DNA of 64,000 bases from Lama glama (Eukaryota). The translations under genes and the position numbers were made by a program. A model generated the notes under the pieces. The model was not told where the DNA came from, searched no databases, and saw nothing but the letters and a program-made list of their open reading frames with translations. Shown here piece by piece: positions 12,669 to 25,269 of the stretch. The stretch's first letter is position 1, and the number at the start of each line of letters is the position of its first letter. The stretch lies in contig CM052816.1 in the NCBI GenBank assembly GCA_028534125.1, positions 99,388,001 through 99,452,000 on the forward strand, given 5' to 3'.

Positions 12669-15079
12669 ATGGACACCACTTTTGAAGGAGAACCAGGTCA
12701 TCTTTATCTGCCACTTGCCTAACATGTCCAAAGAATCAAATGAGGTCACAGAAAACAAACTTCTCAATTTCCAGGATGTTGTGATTTCACAGTGTACAGG
12801 CCCATGGCTCCCCTCACCAATTTACCCCATGCTGTGCAGTCTCACCTCCGTGAGGACATCCAGTGCCCTGGTGGAGGGAGGGATGGGGCTGACTGAGGAC
12901 GCACGGTCCAAACATGAGCGTGGACTCCTTCTGTGCCCTGACTGGAGCATGCGGACGGAGTCCTGTCATTTTCAATCCCATTTCAGGCTTTCTCCTTGTC
13001 TCCCTGCTCACTTTTTGCAGGAAATAGGCCCCCTCACTTACCTGCCTGCAAAGTGCACTGTCTCCTGGAGCTGACACGGTCACTGGACCATCCACGTGAA
13101 GCTGGACAGAGAAGAAGCTCAACGCTCCAGCCTCCTGCCACCGTGGTCACAGCCGGGCTGCACCCACTCCGCCCTCCCTGGGCAGCACTGATCGTCACAG
13201 CCCAGTGACTGTTCCAAACTCAACTCTTCCATGCCGGCTCCCACAGGGCCCAGCTGCAACTCCACAGCCCGTTGGAAGTCATCTGACAAATGTCCACCCT
13301 GAAGAGCGAGCGCTTGACAGCACTCCTTTTAGGGTTATTTGCAACTTCAAAGAAGAAAGACTTTAGCCATAGATCGTCAGGTCCCAATAGAATTTTAGGC
13401 GGCTGGGGTTAGGGAGAGCGAGGGGAGTAGAGGTCACACAGACCTCTGACCCTCACACACGAACCAGCTCCTGTGGGGCTCTTGTCCTAAAACGGCCCTG
13501 GACTATGTTATTAGACATAACCTAGGAAGAGGAATCTTAACATTAACTTCACAACACAAGCCTCTTGGAATCAGACAAGTCACGCCTCTTTCCTGCGGTG
13601 CGTTTCTTACCGTGAGGATCACTGGAGGTGAGGCCGAGAAAATGCACGAGTAAGTGCTCGTTGGCAGGTTCGTTTCATTAAATCAAACGCGTCTACATCA
13701 AAGTCTCTCCTTAAGGTCCTCTGTATTATTTTTCCTCAAGAGGTAACTTTCTCAAATCAGAGAGATGGCCCAGGGCAGAGAGCACAGCCAGCACTCCCCG
13801 GGCCTGAGACACACCGGCTGCAATGTGGGGCCCCACCTCCCAGGCCCGGCTTAGGACATACGCATTTGTGAGCATCTTCATTATGTTCGAATCACATCCA
13901 CAGGACACAATTTTACTCCTTGGGACCAACCCACTCCCTTGAAATACACTGAGGTTCCTGAGCACCACACGCAGGAACCAACAGCCCCTTGTTTTACAGA
14001 CGGCCCGGGATGGCTCCCTTCTTGCTTCCTCCTGTGGAGGTGAGTTGAACCGATGGCAAACACTGCATCCACTGATTTAGTCTATGGAGGGATGAGACGT
14101 TCCTAGAGAAAGCACCTTCTCACTTTTTAGGAAAATGATGAGTTATCAACATTTTGCTTGAAGGCACGAGATGTAGCCCTGTCTTCATTCAGATCCATTA
14201 AATATGCCAGAGACCCAGCTGTCAATACCTCTGTGGAGTGAATTTAATTTCCAGAGTCAATACAGAGCCAGCTGCATTAAGCATAAGATAATTCTGTCAC
14301 GTTATTAATTTGAATGACCATGTAAGGCATTGTCTAGACAAGATATAAGCCCAAGTTTCCATAGGCAATCTGTACATAAAATGAAGCACACCAAGGTTGT
14401 AAAGAATGCTAATAACAGTGATCTGGCTTATTAACCAATATTGATTGCTTTCACTCCGACACGGTCCAGGAGCCCAGAGGTGAAACGCTGAGGTGTTCGG
14501 CGCTGGCACTCTTGTTCCGACAAAACCGTAAATATTCCAAAGGGGTTGTAAGGGTCAAGGTATGAGGATTTTTTTTTAAAGATAAAACCTCAATTTACGA
14601 TTCTCAAAATATTGATAGCATGATTATAGACTTCAGCAGGGTGGGAAATATTTCTATTATTAATATTAGTGGCAGTTGGCAGCACACATTGTTCACGATG
14701 ACCCTGATTAGGTCTTGTGTGCTCCAAGTGCTTCCCAGAGACTCTTCTTTCAAATCGTTGTCTTCCTAGGTCTTGTCCTGCTCAGCCAGGTGCAACATGA
14801 GTCTTTGGTATTAATTACAGCCCTCCTGAGTGCGGCTTACCACTTGCCGGCCAAGGACAGCCCACTGACCCATCCAACACTAGTTTAGAAGAACTGTCAC
14901 TGGTGGTCCCCAAGAAACAAGGATGAAAATTGTTATCGGAGTCAGGGGGTGGCCGTTTCTTGGCAGTTACATAGCAGAGGAATATCTGAAACTAACGCAG
15001 CAAAACCCAGTGCAGAGCCAGCTCATCAAGAAGGTTTACAGCCCTCAGCTAGTCAGTCCTGGCAGAAACAGCACACATC

Positions 15080-15200
15080 TCAGAGACAGACAGACCTGAG
15101 TTAATGCCCCGACTCTCCCGCTCACCAGAGACGAAATCGTGCATGAGACCTTTCATTTTGTGAGACTCAGTTTCCTTGGGTTCAGATGAAGAAGGGTAAC
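15080..15200 (+). mobile_element. MIR SINE fragment
   Basis: gacagacctgagttaatgccccgactct...gagactcagtttcctt core. Confidence 0.65.
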
Positions 15201-15205
15201 TGATT

Positions 15206-15400
15206 TCTATTAGTCAAGGTCCCACAAGAAAATGAAGCCATTCCAGGTATTTCAAACAAAGGGAGATTAAAGCAGGGTTTTTGTTACCAGGTGATGGAGG
15301 AACTGAGAGGCCAGACAGGGGAAGCCAAACAGAGATTAGCCACAGGGGGAAGCTCTACCACCCCTTGACTGGGAGAGTGGTGGGGGCTGTACCAGCTTTC
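15206..15400 (-). mobile_element. Ancient ERVL/MaLR-class LTR fragment, family uncertain
   Basis: tattagtcaaggtcc...ggtatttcaaacaaaggga...ttaccaggtgatggaggaactgagaggcca...cagagattagc resembles an antisense LTR terminus. Confidence 0.55.
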
Positions 15401-15521
15401 CCAGAAAATCTGGCTTTGACTAAAAATGCCTTCTGATGTCTGCACCAAGCAGCCAAAGCAATGAAATGCAAGTTCAGAGTTACATGATGGCCCAATCTAG
15501 TTGACTGGGCAATTGATGCTG

Positions 15522-15650
15522 TCAATCATGAATAATTTCTGAGTTCCTACTAAGAGCCAGGCACATCTCTAGGTCCTTGGGGGTGGGGAAGCATAAATAA
15601 AACAGACAAAATTTTACCTTCTAGAAGGAGAGAAAGAGAGAGGCAATAGA
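15522..15650 (-). mobile_element. L2 3' end fragment
   Basis: ttctgagttcctactaagagccaggcac...ctaggtccttgggg...aataaaacagacaaa. Confidence 0.65.
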
Positions 15651-15657
15651 TACAGAA

Positions 15658-16050
15658 ATATACTAGTTAGCTCTTGCTGTGTAACAAACCTCCTCCAAGT
15701 TCAATGATATATACAAAAATAGCTATTAGTAATTTCTTACAAGCCCATGAGCACAGAGGGTCAGGGGTCATGTTGGTCTCAGGGGCAGTTCTTCTGGCCT
15801 CACCTGGGCTCAGGCACAGGTGATACGTCTGGACACTGGCCAGTGGAGGCGGGTCTCGGCCATGTTCACTTATGAGTGTGTACCCAGAGGGGAGTTGCTC
15901 ATCTCAGCCAGGCCTGGCAGGGGTGGCTCTGCTCCATGTGTCTCTCATCCTCCTCACGGAATTCTTGGGCAAACTTGGGCCCTCCGTTCCATGACAAGGC
16001 AGCAAATGAAACCTGCAGAGACTCTCCAGGGCTGGGCTCGAAACCTGCAC
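15658..16050 (-). mobile_element. Old MLT1 (H/I/J-like) LTR
   Basis: tagttagctcttgctgtgtaacaaacctcctccaa...ctctgctccatgtgtctctcatcctcc...ctgggctcgaaacctgcac. Confidence 0.7.
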
Positions 16051-16434
16051 AAGTGGGGGCCACAGGGCCATCTACCGCAGTAGGAAGTGACACACTGTCA
16101 GCTGCTGGTCCTCATCATCAGACAGGAGCCTGAAGAAAGGAGTCTGGGGGCAGTTTTAACCAGAATTCAAGGCTGGAAGGTGGACCATCCGGACCAGTAG
16201 TTCCTGAACTTAGCTCAGCGACAGGTCACCCAGGAAGGTCCTGCCCAGGCTGCCTGGGGGCGGAGGGAGCGTCCTTTTGTAAGCACCGCTTTGGCTGAGC
16301 CTGCTTGTCCTAAATGGAGACACAGCACGGCATTCAGCGAAGTTTCACTTCAGGAAAGAGCAGTAATCAAATCACCTTTTTTTGTTTGTTTGTTTGCTTT
16401 TGTTTAATTTTTTTGAAGAATTATTTATGTGTTC

Positions 16435-16508
16435 TTTTTTTTTACGGGAGGAGGTGACAAGGTTTATTTCTCTATTTTTAGAGGCAGTGCTAGGGCTTGA
16501 ACCTCCCT
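16435..16508 (-). mobile_element. Internally deleted camelid tRNA-derived SINE (Vic-1-like)
   Basis: T tail, then ggaggtgacaaggtttattt...gtgctagggcttgaacc, homologous to the copy at 25.1 kb. Confidence 0.6.
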
Positions 16509-19189
16509 ACAACTTGAGCTCTGTGATCCGCCTACAAGGCACCTTTAAAGCACATTCAAATTTGTTCCAAAGGAGAGGGTTTATTGATAGTAAGTTCTGG
16601 ACTGAAATGCTTTGGTGATAGTAAGTCCTTCGTTAATCCCTCATAAAGCAGACAAATTCTCCCTGGAGAGTTTATACTCCTGAATAAAAACTGAAGTGCT
16701 GCTATAAAGGAAGAATCAGAAGAGCTGGCTTTGCAGATATAAAATCCTAGACGCCTTCTTGATAAATACAGAAGTCAATGATGCCAGGAAACTAACTTGT
16801 CAATGTTTCTAGTTAGTTAAAGCTAAACCTGGAGCCGGGAGAGGCCAAAGAGTGTATTGTATCAAGAAGAGAAAGTGTAAAGACACCGCTGGGGCAGTTT
16901 GGCTTGCAGGAGAACGTGAAGATGAGATGAAGTTGTCCACAGCTGTTTGCATGAGGCTCAGACCAGCCGTGTTGTCAGAAAACGCCTGAAACTCCTTCTG
17001 GACACTTGGTTCCAACTTAAGCTGCTCGCCACCTGCAGAGACCAAATCCTCCCAGTCCTCACCGCCTTTTGTCCGAAATCTCTTTTCCTTGGGATTTCAT
17101 GATCTATTCGGTCTTCCGCAGGCATTTCCCAAATGTGGGCGTCTCAGGCTGGCGCGGCCCTTCTGCAGACGACGCTTTCTACTGCCCACGTGTCGGAGGT
17201 GAAACAGGACACTCTTTTGTTTACTCCTCTTCTCTCTACTTGGACATGAATAGATGCACAGCCAATGGACCCCCGTCACATCAAGTTTTTCTCCCCCTTC
17301 TAATGTTTTCTTTTCTTGGTTTTTACAAAAGCTCGGGGAAGGAGGCCTTCGCTCTCATGACTGTAAATCGTGCATGCCTTTTTAATTTCCGTCCTCATAC
17401 AGCCTGACGTCCTGATCATTCTTTCTGACTGGGGCTCCTCACAGAGCAGATGTTTCCATTGAGCTGTGATGATTTTTAGGTCTTATTCTCAAGAGGCTAC
17501 AGCTAACTCCGAGCCCTTCAGCGTAGAGGAGGCATTTAATTTATTCTTCGTGGTAAGCTTCTCTTGTCTAGGGTGATTTTCGTCTGCCATCGTGTTGCCC
17601 AGTTACTGAGCTCTGTTCAGTGCATCTGGGATGCTCTGCCGTCCTCGCTGGTCTTCACTAACCCAGTCGTCTTGTGTCGTCAGCACATTTACCCCTCTTG
17701 CTACTCATCCACATTTAACATCAGTAATAATCGGCACTGAGCTCTAGGTCCCAGCCTTACTGTACCTTTGATCCCCATGAGCAGCAGAGAAGGCACGCAA
17801 AAGGGAATTTCAAGACCACATCTACCGTGGGTTCTACTAGCTAACCCTGCCCAATCCAGCGTTTCAGAAAGGCTCTCTTGACCATTGCATTTTTCTGCTG
17901 CTGCTTCCGGGTCAAACGTGCCCGTGTCATTTCAGTCACACGCCCCTCCTCGGTTCTCTGTTCTCCTTGATCTCCTGGGAGAGGGCCAGTCTGTATATTT
18001 CAACGCAGTTCCACAATCTGTTCCACTGTCTTCTCGGACACACCACTCTGATGCTTTAGCTCTAAAGAAAAGTCAAAATACTTCCCACATATATTTCCAT
18101 TCTTGTTTAGTCTCCTGAACAAACCATGAACACCCAGGGGTTCCAGGGTTTAAGGAGAAGAAGGCGAAGACAGCTCCAAGTGTGTGCAGGGAGCCGGGTG
18201 CCGGTGCGGGGCTGCCCGGAGGACCTCGCAGGGTGCTCTCCTGACTTTGTGGGTGGTGGTGAGCTTGGAGAAGCCGATCTCTGCCCTGTCCTTTCCCTAT
18301 TTGCGTAAGCTCCTGAACCTTTTCCTCCATTCACAGAAACTAAGCATTGAACTAGGACAGGAAAAGGTAAATTCAAAGACAAAAAAACAGCAGCAACTGT
18401 TGTAAGAGCACAAATCACGATCCTGTTTATCCTAATTTACATATTTTCTCCCTCTGCTGAATCCAAACCCTCCTGCTCATCATCAATAATAAATGTGACA
18501 CTGTTTTTCACTGGAACTACCTGGACTCCACAGCCCGCAAGGTGTGTAGTCTGCCTGCTTCCCTCTGGATTCACCAAACCTGCGGCCTTGCCAGCTCGCG
18601 GCCTCGGCTCCTCACACGTCCCCAGCAGGAGCGGTCAGGGGCTCCCTGACCTCTCACAACGTTCTGCTACTAAGCGATTCTTACCGGGCTGCTGAGGAGA
18701 GGGTAAGACTGCTTTGAAAAAGAAGAAAAGAGCTGAATGAACGTGTTCCTTCATCACAAATGCAAACCACTGGAAACGCTGCTGAACAATCTGTAAAATA
18801 CTGAAGCTCACCTGCCATAGGTATGAGACACCTGCCGTCTTGTCAGCACCCCTCACAACTCGCCCTGACTGTTGAGGGAAAAGAAACAAGCTTCCAGGCA
18901 TTCATAATTACAGGTTTCTCTCTCACCCACACCAGATTCCTTGGTGGGTCCTCCTGGCTCTGCCTTCCAGATACTTTCAGTGTCCCCCATCACACCAATT
19001 TGAGGACCGCAACTCCAGTCCCAGCTGCCAGCGTTAATCACCTGGACTTCCACGACGTTGGTTTCCAAGTCTCGACGCATCTTGCAGCTTCCTCTCTCGA
19101 CCATCTTTCCCCTCCTCTTACAGAAGCTGGACACACACTTCACAATTTAGATCAGCTGCTTGTGGCTCAGAATTCTCCAACGGTTTTCC

Positions 19190-19645
19190 ACCTACTTGGA
19201 AACAAAGATGGCAGCCCTCACCAAAGCCCGAAAGGTCCTAGGTCGTCCAGCCTCCCGCTCGCTCCCTGCCGTCCGCGCCTCCTCTCTCTCCCTGCTTCCC
19301 GCCGCCTTCTCTCTTGCTCCCGTGCTGGGCCTCTGTCCCCCAGCTTCCCTTCTGCCGGAGCTCTGCCTAAACGTCACCTTACTGAAGAGTCTTTCCTGGC
19401 CGCCTGGACAGACCAGCAGTATTCCGTGGAATCACGTCACTGCCCGGCATGGCTTTGAATTTCCCAGTTCCTCAGTTTCCTTCTTATCTGTCTGCTTGCC
19501 CGGTTGTTGTCCCGTCTCCCCCCGGATGGAGCCCCCTTGGAGCAGGGCCTTGTGATGGCTGAGTGAGCGCCACATCTTCAGCCCCCAAAGCAAAATCCAG
19601 CACAGGGTAGGGGCTCAATATTTACTGCATGAATGATTATGGATG
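19190..19645 (+). mobile_element. L2 3' fragment
   Basis: Pyrimidine-rich L2 body ending ccagcacagggtaggggctcaatatttactgcatgaatga. Confidence 0.7.
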
Positions 19646-20379
19646 GATTCTCTTTGACTAAAGGAAAAAATGAAGTGTTTTACTCTAGCAGAAAAACTAA
19701 CCATCACTAGACGTAGGAAGGCAGCTGGCCTGGGGCCAGTCCTGTGCCATGAGGCAGCTCAGCCCGTGCGTGGGCTCCCCGTAAAGTGTGTCTTGGGGTT
19801 CAGGAATCTGTAGTGTTAGTTCTGTTCATCACCAATAGGGAAAGTTCTGTTCCATCACCAACCAGCTATGAGAACTTGGGGATCTCACTCACCTCCCTGA
19901 GATGCTTCCTCTGGCCCCTAAAAGTGCTCAAGGGATTCGGTGTGGCCCCAACGTCATGGGAATTGAGTATTATTATTTTAACTATATTTTACTTGTCTAA
20001 TAGTTACTTCATATTTTTTCTAATAAAGGAGTATTTAGCAAAGAGAAGCCACTCTCTGTGCAGCCCCACTGGCCCTGATTATTGGTGCGGACTGTCCGCA
20101 GACACTAAATCTTGATGGCAAGGCGAGAAAAGGGCTGACCCCTGAACCTGCCCCGAGCCACGGCGTGTGTGCTAAGGGGGTTATCTAGCACGTGGCAGCC
20201 CCCGTGTCACCGCCACAGGCATGACGTGCTCCTGACACTGTTTCTACTAAAACAGATTGTGGAACCTGTAAAACGTTGTTTTATAAATTGATTTTAAAGT
20301 TGTTACTCAGTTTTTAGTAGTCGAGACCCCAAAGGATGTATAAAGCAAGCTCTTTAAGTATTTGAAGAAAAACTATCTA

Positions 20380-20680
20380 AATATCTATGAGCAGATAAAA
20401 GAAGAAATTCCAATAAATTCATTGGAAGAAATATTATAGTCGTTTAAAATATGTGTACAAAAATTGCAGAGCACTAGAGAACAATGCTTATGTTAAGTGA
20501 AAAATGCACCATATAGAAATGTAAGTGCTCTGCTCACACTTCTGCAAAGTACCTGTGTCTGTGTGGGCGAAGGCTGGAAGCGAACGTACAAAATCAATAG
20601 ATTGTTCAGGTGAGAAAATAATAGTGTTTTTAAAAATTATTTTCATGTTCTCCTACTCTTTACATAACAGGAAATGAAGA
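20380..20680 (+). mobile_element. Ancient L1ME-like 3' fragment
   Basis: gaaatattatagtcgtttaaaa...tatgttaagtgaaaaatgca...aaggctggaag pattern. Confidence 0.5.
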
Positions 20681-21186
20681 TCTTTCTGAAGCACAGATGC
20701 GTGTCCACAGTGAGGATTCAGTCTCCACTTGTTTGGGACAAATCCTAATTGGGCATTCTAAGGAGAGGAGCCTGGGCTGGATGGTCCTCAGCTGGATGCT
20801 ACCCCTGCAGCTGACCCTGTCCAGGTCGCTGACCATGACACCTCTGCCCCCAGCAGCGGCCAGGGAGGGAGGGTGGACAGAGCACACTCAGGTGAACAAC
20901 AATCAGGTGGATGAGATGGACAGACCTAGGAGGGGAATGAGCCACAGTGAGAAGTGCCAGAGACACACAAGGTGGAGGGACGGGCGTCAACCAAGACGAA
21001 GACCTCACCGGCCCCTGTCACCTCTACTGACTGGTCCTTGCCCTGGGCCAGGGGGCTCCTACAAGCCCACACCACGGCCTTTGGATGGAGGCGCTGGGGA
21101 GGGGCCGGGCCACACCAGCTTTCCCGATTTGATGATTAGAGTTTTAGGCCAGGTTTTCACTTGGACGGTTTAGCCTGAAATATGGA

Positions 21187-21539
21187 ATGTCAGTCCCTTT
21201 GAGCTGCTATAACAGTCCCCTAGGCGTGGTGGCTTATAAACACAGAAATGTATTTCTCACAGTTCTGGAGGCGGGAAGGCCAAGATCAAGGCGCTGACAG
21301 GTCTGGGGTCCGATGAGGGCCCGCTGCTGGTTCACGGACAGCTGACTTCTCGCTGGGTCCTCACATGGCAGAAGGTGCAAGGGAGCTGCCTGGGGCCTCA
21401 GAGGGCTCTCCTCCCATCAGGGGGCTCCATCCTCTTGATACCAACCACCTCCCAAAGGTCCCACCACCTAACACTATCACATTGGAGGTTAGGGTTCCTC
21501 ATGCGAATTTGGGAGGATGCAAACATTCAGCGTAGAGCA
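21187..21539 (-). mobile_element. MLT1A-like MaLR solo LTR
   Basis: gctgctataaca...ggcttataaacacagaaatgtatttctcacagttctggagg...cacctcccaaagg...gaatttgggagg...aaacattcag. Confidence 0.9.
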
Positions 21540-22065
21540 CAGGACAGTGATAGCACTCCCCCACCCGCAAATTCAAAGCTCATTTGTCGCTGTGCTTTAG
21601 GCAGATACTTCTCATGCCTTTGCTATTAGCAGCCACACTTCTTACTTTAAAAATACTTTGAATTCAAATTTACATGAAATATATTTCAAAGGTGGCAAAA
21701 ATGGCTGGAATGAAATGCCTACTAAATTACTTGCAGAAATCCTCAAAGACGCTTTTCCATTTGCTCTTGATCTAACCTCAAAATGTTTTTCAGAGCCTTC
21801 TTATTATCATAGAAGCAAATGTAAATATATCTATTAATAGGGTTTTGTGCATTTATTAGTGGAATGTTATCCACCAATTGTTTTTTCAATTGCCCTGTTT
21901 TATTTATGCAGAAATTGAGGAGCACGGAGGTTGATCCCATGGCAAGAGGATGGCAGAGAGGGGCTTACACACCAAAACCATTATGCTGGATGAAAACCAA
22001 TTCCGCATGTTGGAAGTGTCCCTCCCAGCACGGGGCGCCTGGGGCGGGGAGCTGAGGCCGGGAAC

Positions 22066-22508
22066 AGCGTTAGATCCGGGGCTGCTGTGAAAAGGCCCTA
22101 CAAGCAGGAGAGCTGAAAACAACAGAAAGAGGTTGTCACACAGTCTGGAGGCCAGACACCTGAAACCAGGTGCCAGCAGGGCCAGTCCCTGCAAAGCTCT
22201 AAGGAAGAACCCTGTCTTGCCTCTTCCAGCTTCTGGCGGCTCCTGGCCGCCCCGGGCTTGGGGCTGTATCCGGTCCATCTCCCTACTTGGCTTCGTGTGG
22301 CCTCCTCCCCGTTGTGTCTCTGCGTTTGTCTCTCCAAGTCCTCTTCTCTTCCTAAGGACACTGGGCAGTGGATTTGGCGCTGACCCGAGTCCAGTATAAC
22401 CTCGCTTTAACTTGATTACATCAGTAAAGACCCTATTTCCAAATAAGGTCATATTCTGAGGTTCCAGGTGGAGGTGAAATTTGGGAGCACCCTGTTCAAA
22501 CTGGCACA
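22066..22508 (-). mobile_element. MLT1C-like MaLR solo LTR
   Basis: cttgcctcttccagcttctgg...ttaacttgattacatc...aaagaccctatttccaaataaggtcatattctgagg. Confidence 0.9.
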
Positions 22509-23037
22509 GCAGCCACTACCTACACTGATGAAGGAAGAGGTTGGGAAGATGGAGCTCTGAGATGGCCCGCAGTTGGGGTGGCACAAACCAGGCTGATTTG
22601 TGGAACACCCTCTGCAGAGCACACATACAAGCTTCGGCGACGTCATTAATATTTCCAGTGACGACGGCAGTGCTTTCCTATTGCAAACACAGATAAATGA
22701 ATAAAGCGAGAAGGATCCATGGAAAAGCAGGGAGCACCCCCGCGGGGGCGGGCCAGCTGCAGCCTGATGCTGTCTGGGCACAGACACCAGTCAGTCCAGG
22801 CATGGCCACAGTGGGGCCCTGGGACGCGCTGCCTCTCTCCGCACAGAGCAGAAGGGGGCCCGGCTGCACGTGCGAGGAGGCAGCTTTCTACTAAAAAACC
22901 CACTTAGTTAAATGATGCTAACTTGATAAAGTTTAGGCTTCATATAGCAAGGGCACTTAGTAAAGTTTCAGAATAACTGACTCTACACCAAAACTTTAAA
23001 TACTTCAACAAAACTGGACCAGGCTGAATCCTACTTA

Positions 23038-23185
23038 ACTAACATCTATTGGGTAGTTTACCATGTGCTGAGCTCTGGGTTTATGGCATTTCATCTTGCG
23101 AGTGGGTCCTAATAGCCCAATTTTATATATTGGCAATCAAGGAAACAGAGTCAGAGGGCCCATCTGGCCTGAACAAAGTCACAGA
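23038..23185 (-). mobile_element. MIR SINE fragment
   Basis: taacatctattgggtagtttaccatgtgc...cccaatttta...aggaaacagagtcagag...aagtcacag. Confidence 0.6.
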
Positions 23186-23462
23186 TGCCACCTATGTATG
23201 TGTGCACATGTCGGTCACAGCTGGTCAGTGGGGACTCTGATGAAGGATGAGACCTCAGAAGCAAAATAGGGGCAGTCACTGACGCTCTCCACCCCTCCCC
23301 TGACACTGCTCATCGCCTGGTTCCTGGACATCATTGCCTGTTTGAGCACCACACAGAGGTTCTGTGAAACAGTGGTAACTAAAGTAAGGCTTAAGGTAAT
23401 GTTTATTTCCCCTATTATTTGTATTTCTTTTTAAGTCAAAACTCTTACGGAAAACAGCTGTG

Positions 23463-24005
23463 TGACTGGATAAAAAATTGTGATATATATATATATACAC
23501 ATATGCATACAATGGAATACTACTCAGCCATGAAAAAGAAAATAACGCCATTTGCAGCAACATGGATGGACCTGGAGACTGTCATATCAGTGAAGTGAGC
23601 CAGAAAGAGAAGGACAAATACCATAGGATATCACTTACATGTGGAGTCTAAAAAAAAAAAAAAGACACAAATGAACTTATTTACAAAATGGAAACGGACA
23701 TAGAAAACCAGCTTATGGTTACCAGGGGGAAAAAGGGTGGGGAGCGATAAACTGGGAGTTCAGGATTTGCAGATACTAAGTACTATATATAAAATAAACA
23801 GCAAGGCCCCACCGTATAGCACAGGAAACTATATTCAATACCTTATAATGACCTAGAAAAAAAGAATATGAAAAGGAATATATATAATATACACACACAC
23901 ATATATATATATATGAATCACTATGCTGCATACCAGAAATTAACACAACCTTGTAAACTGAGTATATGTCAAAAAAAACAACCACCCAAAACCAAAAAAA
24001 AAAAA
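23463..24005 (+). mobile_element. 5'-truncated lineage-specific L1 (ORF2 C-terminus, 3' UTR, A tail)
   Basis: caatggaatactactcagccat...ccatttgcagcaacatggatggacctggag...3' UTR...A-rich tail. Confidence 0.92.
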
Positions 24006-25119
24006 CACATCCTTGACTTTCCACTCAAAAGCAGAATTGGTGACCAAAATCCAAAGGGGTTAATTTCAAAATACATCTATCCCCAGTCTTTCTCTGTTTC
24101 TCATTCTCACCCGCTTGCTAACTGAGCTGGAGCCTCCACGGGGAGGAGTGGAATTCCGAACAGGAGACCACTCATCTTGACACGTGTCCTGGGCAGAGGG
24201 GAGAAGCAACAGCTTCGTCGGGAAGAAGCAGCTCTGAGCCAGAGTCAGCCGCGGGCGCCTCCTCACCTTCAGGCACTGACCAAGGGCGGCGGTGGGAAAG
24301 GCCCGTCCAGGCATCGGTCCTGTCCACTCTGTCTGCAAACAGGGCAGACCTTCTCGTGCAATGCCACTTGCTCCACTGCAACAGTGACCCTTGGGGGGCA
24401 CAGCTTCTGACAGGTCATATTTATATGAAATCACATCCTGTTAGTCTCAATTTCCCCAGGAAAGCTATCATTAGCAACACTTACTGACCAGCTTGAAGTA
24501 AAACCCAAGATTTTCTCACCTCAGAAAGTCACAATCTGCAGCGGTGATAGGCTGAGAGGAGATTGGCACAATTATAAACAGCAGCGGCTGCTCCATGTGG
24601 CACCGGGATGGCCGTCACCCTCTGAGGTGACAGGTGACGTGAATGAAGACTCGGCCAGGCACCCTGGACCGCGGCTCCCCTTCCGGCCCTGGACAAGCGA
24701 CCTGCAGGTCCACAGACACTGAGACGGTGTTCTCCCCACTTATAGCAGGAGCGACAGCCCCTCCACTGTCTGACCCTTCAGGCATCAGGCCACTGAAGGG
24801 TATGTGTATATATACTATTTGGTGTCAAATTCCTGTATGCAAGTAATTTCCCTCGGAAGCTTGATACAGTTTAAAAGAGCCAAGAAATAGCAAATGTGCA
24901 GTTTCTGATAGAAACACGTCTTTCCTCGAAGGTTGGCAAGTCATCTATGTTGCTCATTTTCAGAATAAAAGCCTGTAAGAGAGCTTCATATTTTAAAAGA
25001 AAATGTACACTTTAAAGGAACGAAAAATAAATCAAGATCAAACATTGAGGGAAACTATTTTAGACTACTTCAATCTGTGATCTGTTAATCTTAAGCATAA
25101 GACAATGTAGAAAGTATTT

Positions 25120-25269
25120 GATTTTTTTCTTATTTTTTTGTACTTGTTTGAGGGAAGGTAACCAGGTTTATTTATGTCTTTATTTTTACTTAGTGGAGGT
25201 GCTGGGGATTGAGCCCAGGACCTGATGCAGGCTAAGCACGTGCCCGACCACTGATCATCCCCTCCCTCC
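25120..25269 (-). mobile_element. Camelid tRNA-derived SINE (Vic-1-like) with TSD
   Basis: ggaggtgctggggattgagcccaggacc...gcaggctaagcacg...accactga (antisense tRNA-like head with B box), T-rich tail, direct repeat aagtattt at 25112-25119 and 25272-25279. Confidence 0.85.

Noticed and set aside
18823..19458. 211-aa ORF
   Set aside because: The 3' half lies in an L2 remnant, composition is low-complexity Ser/Leu/Pro, and I recognise no homology.
25195..25269. tRNA-like sequence
   Set aside because: It is a degenerate SINE head with tail and TSD, not an intact cloverleaf.
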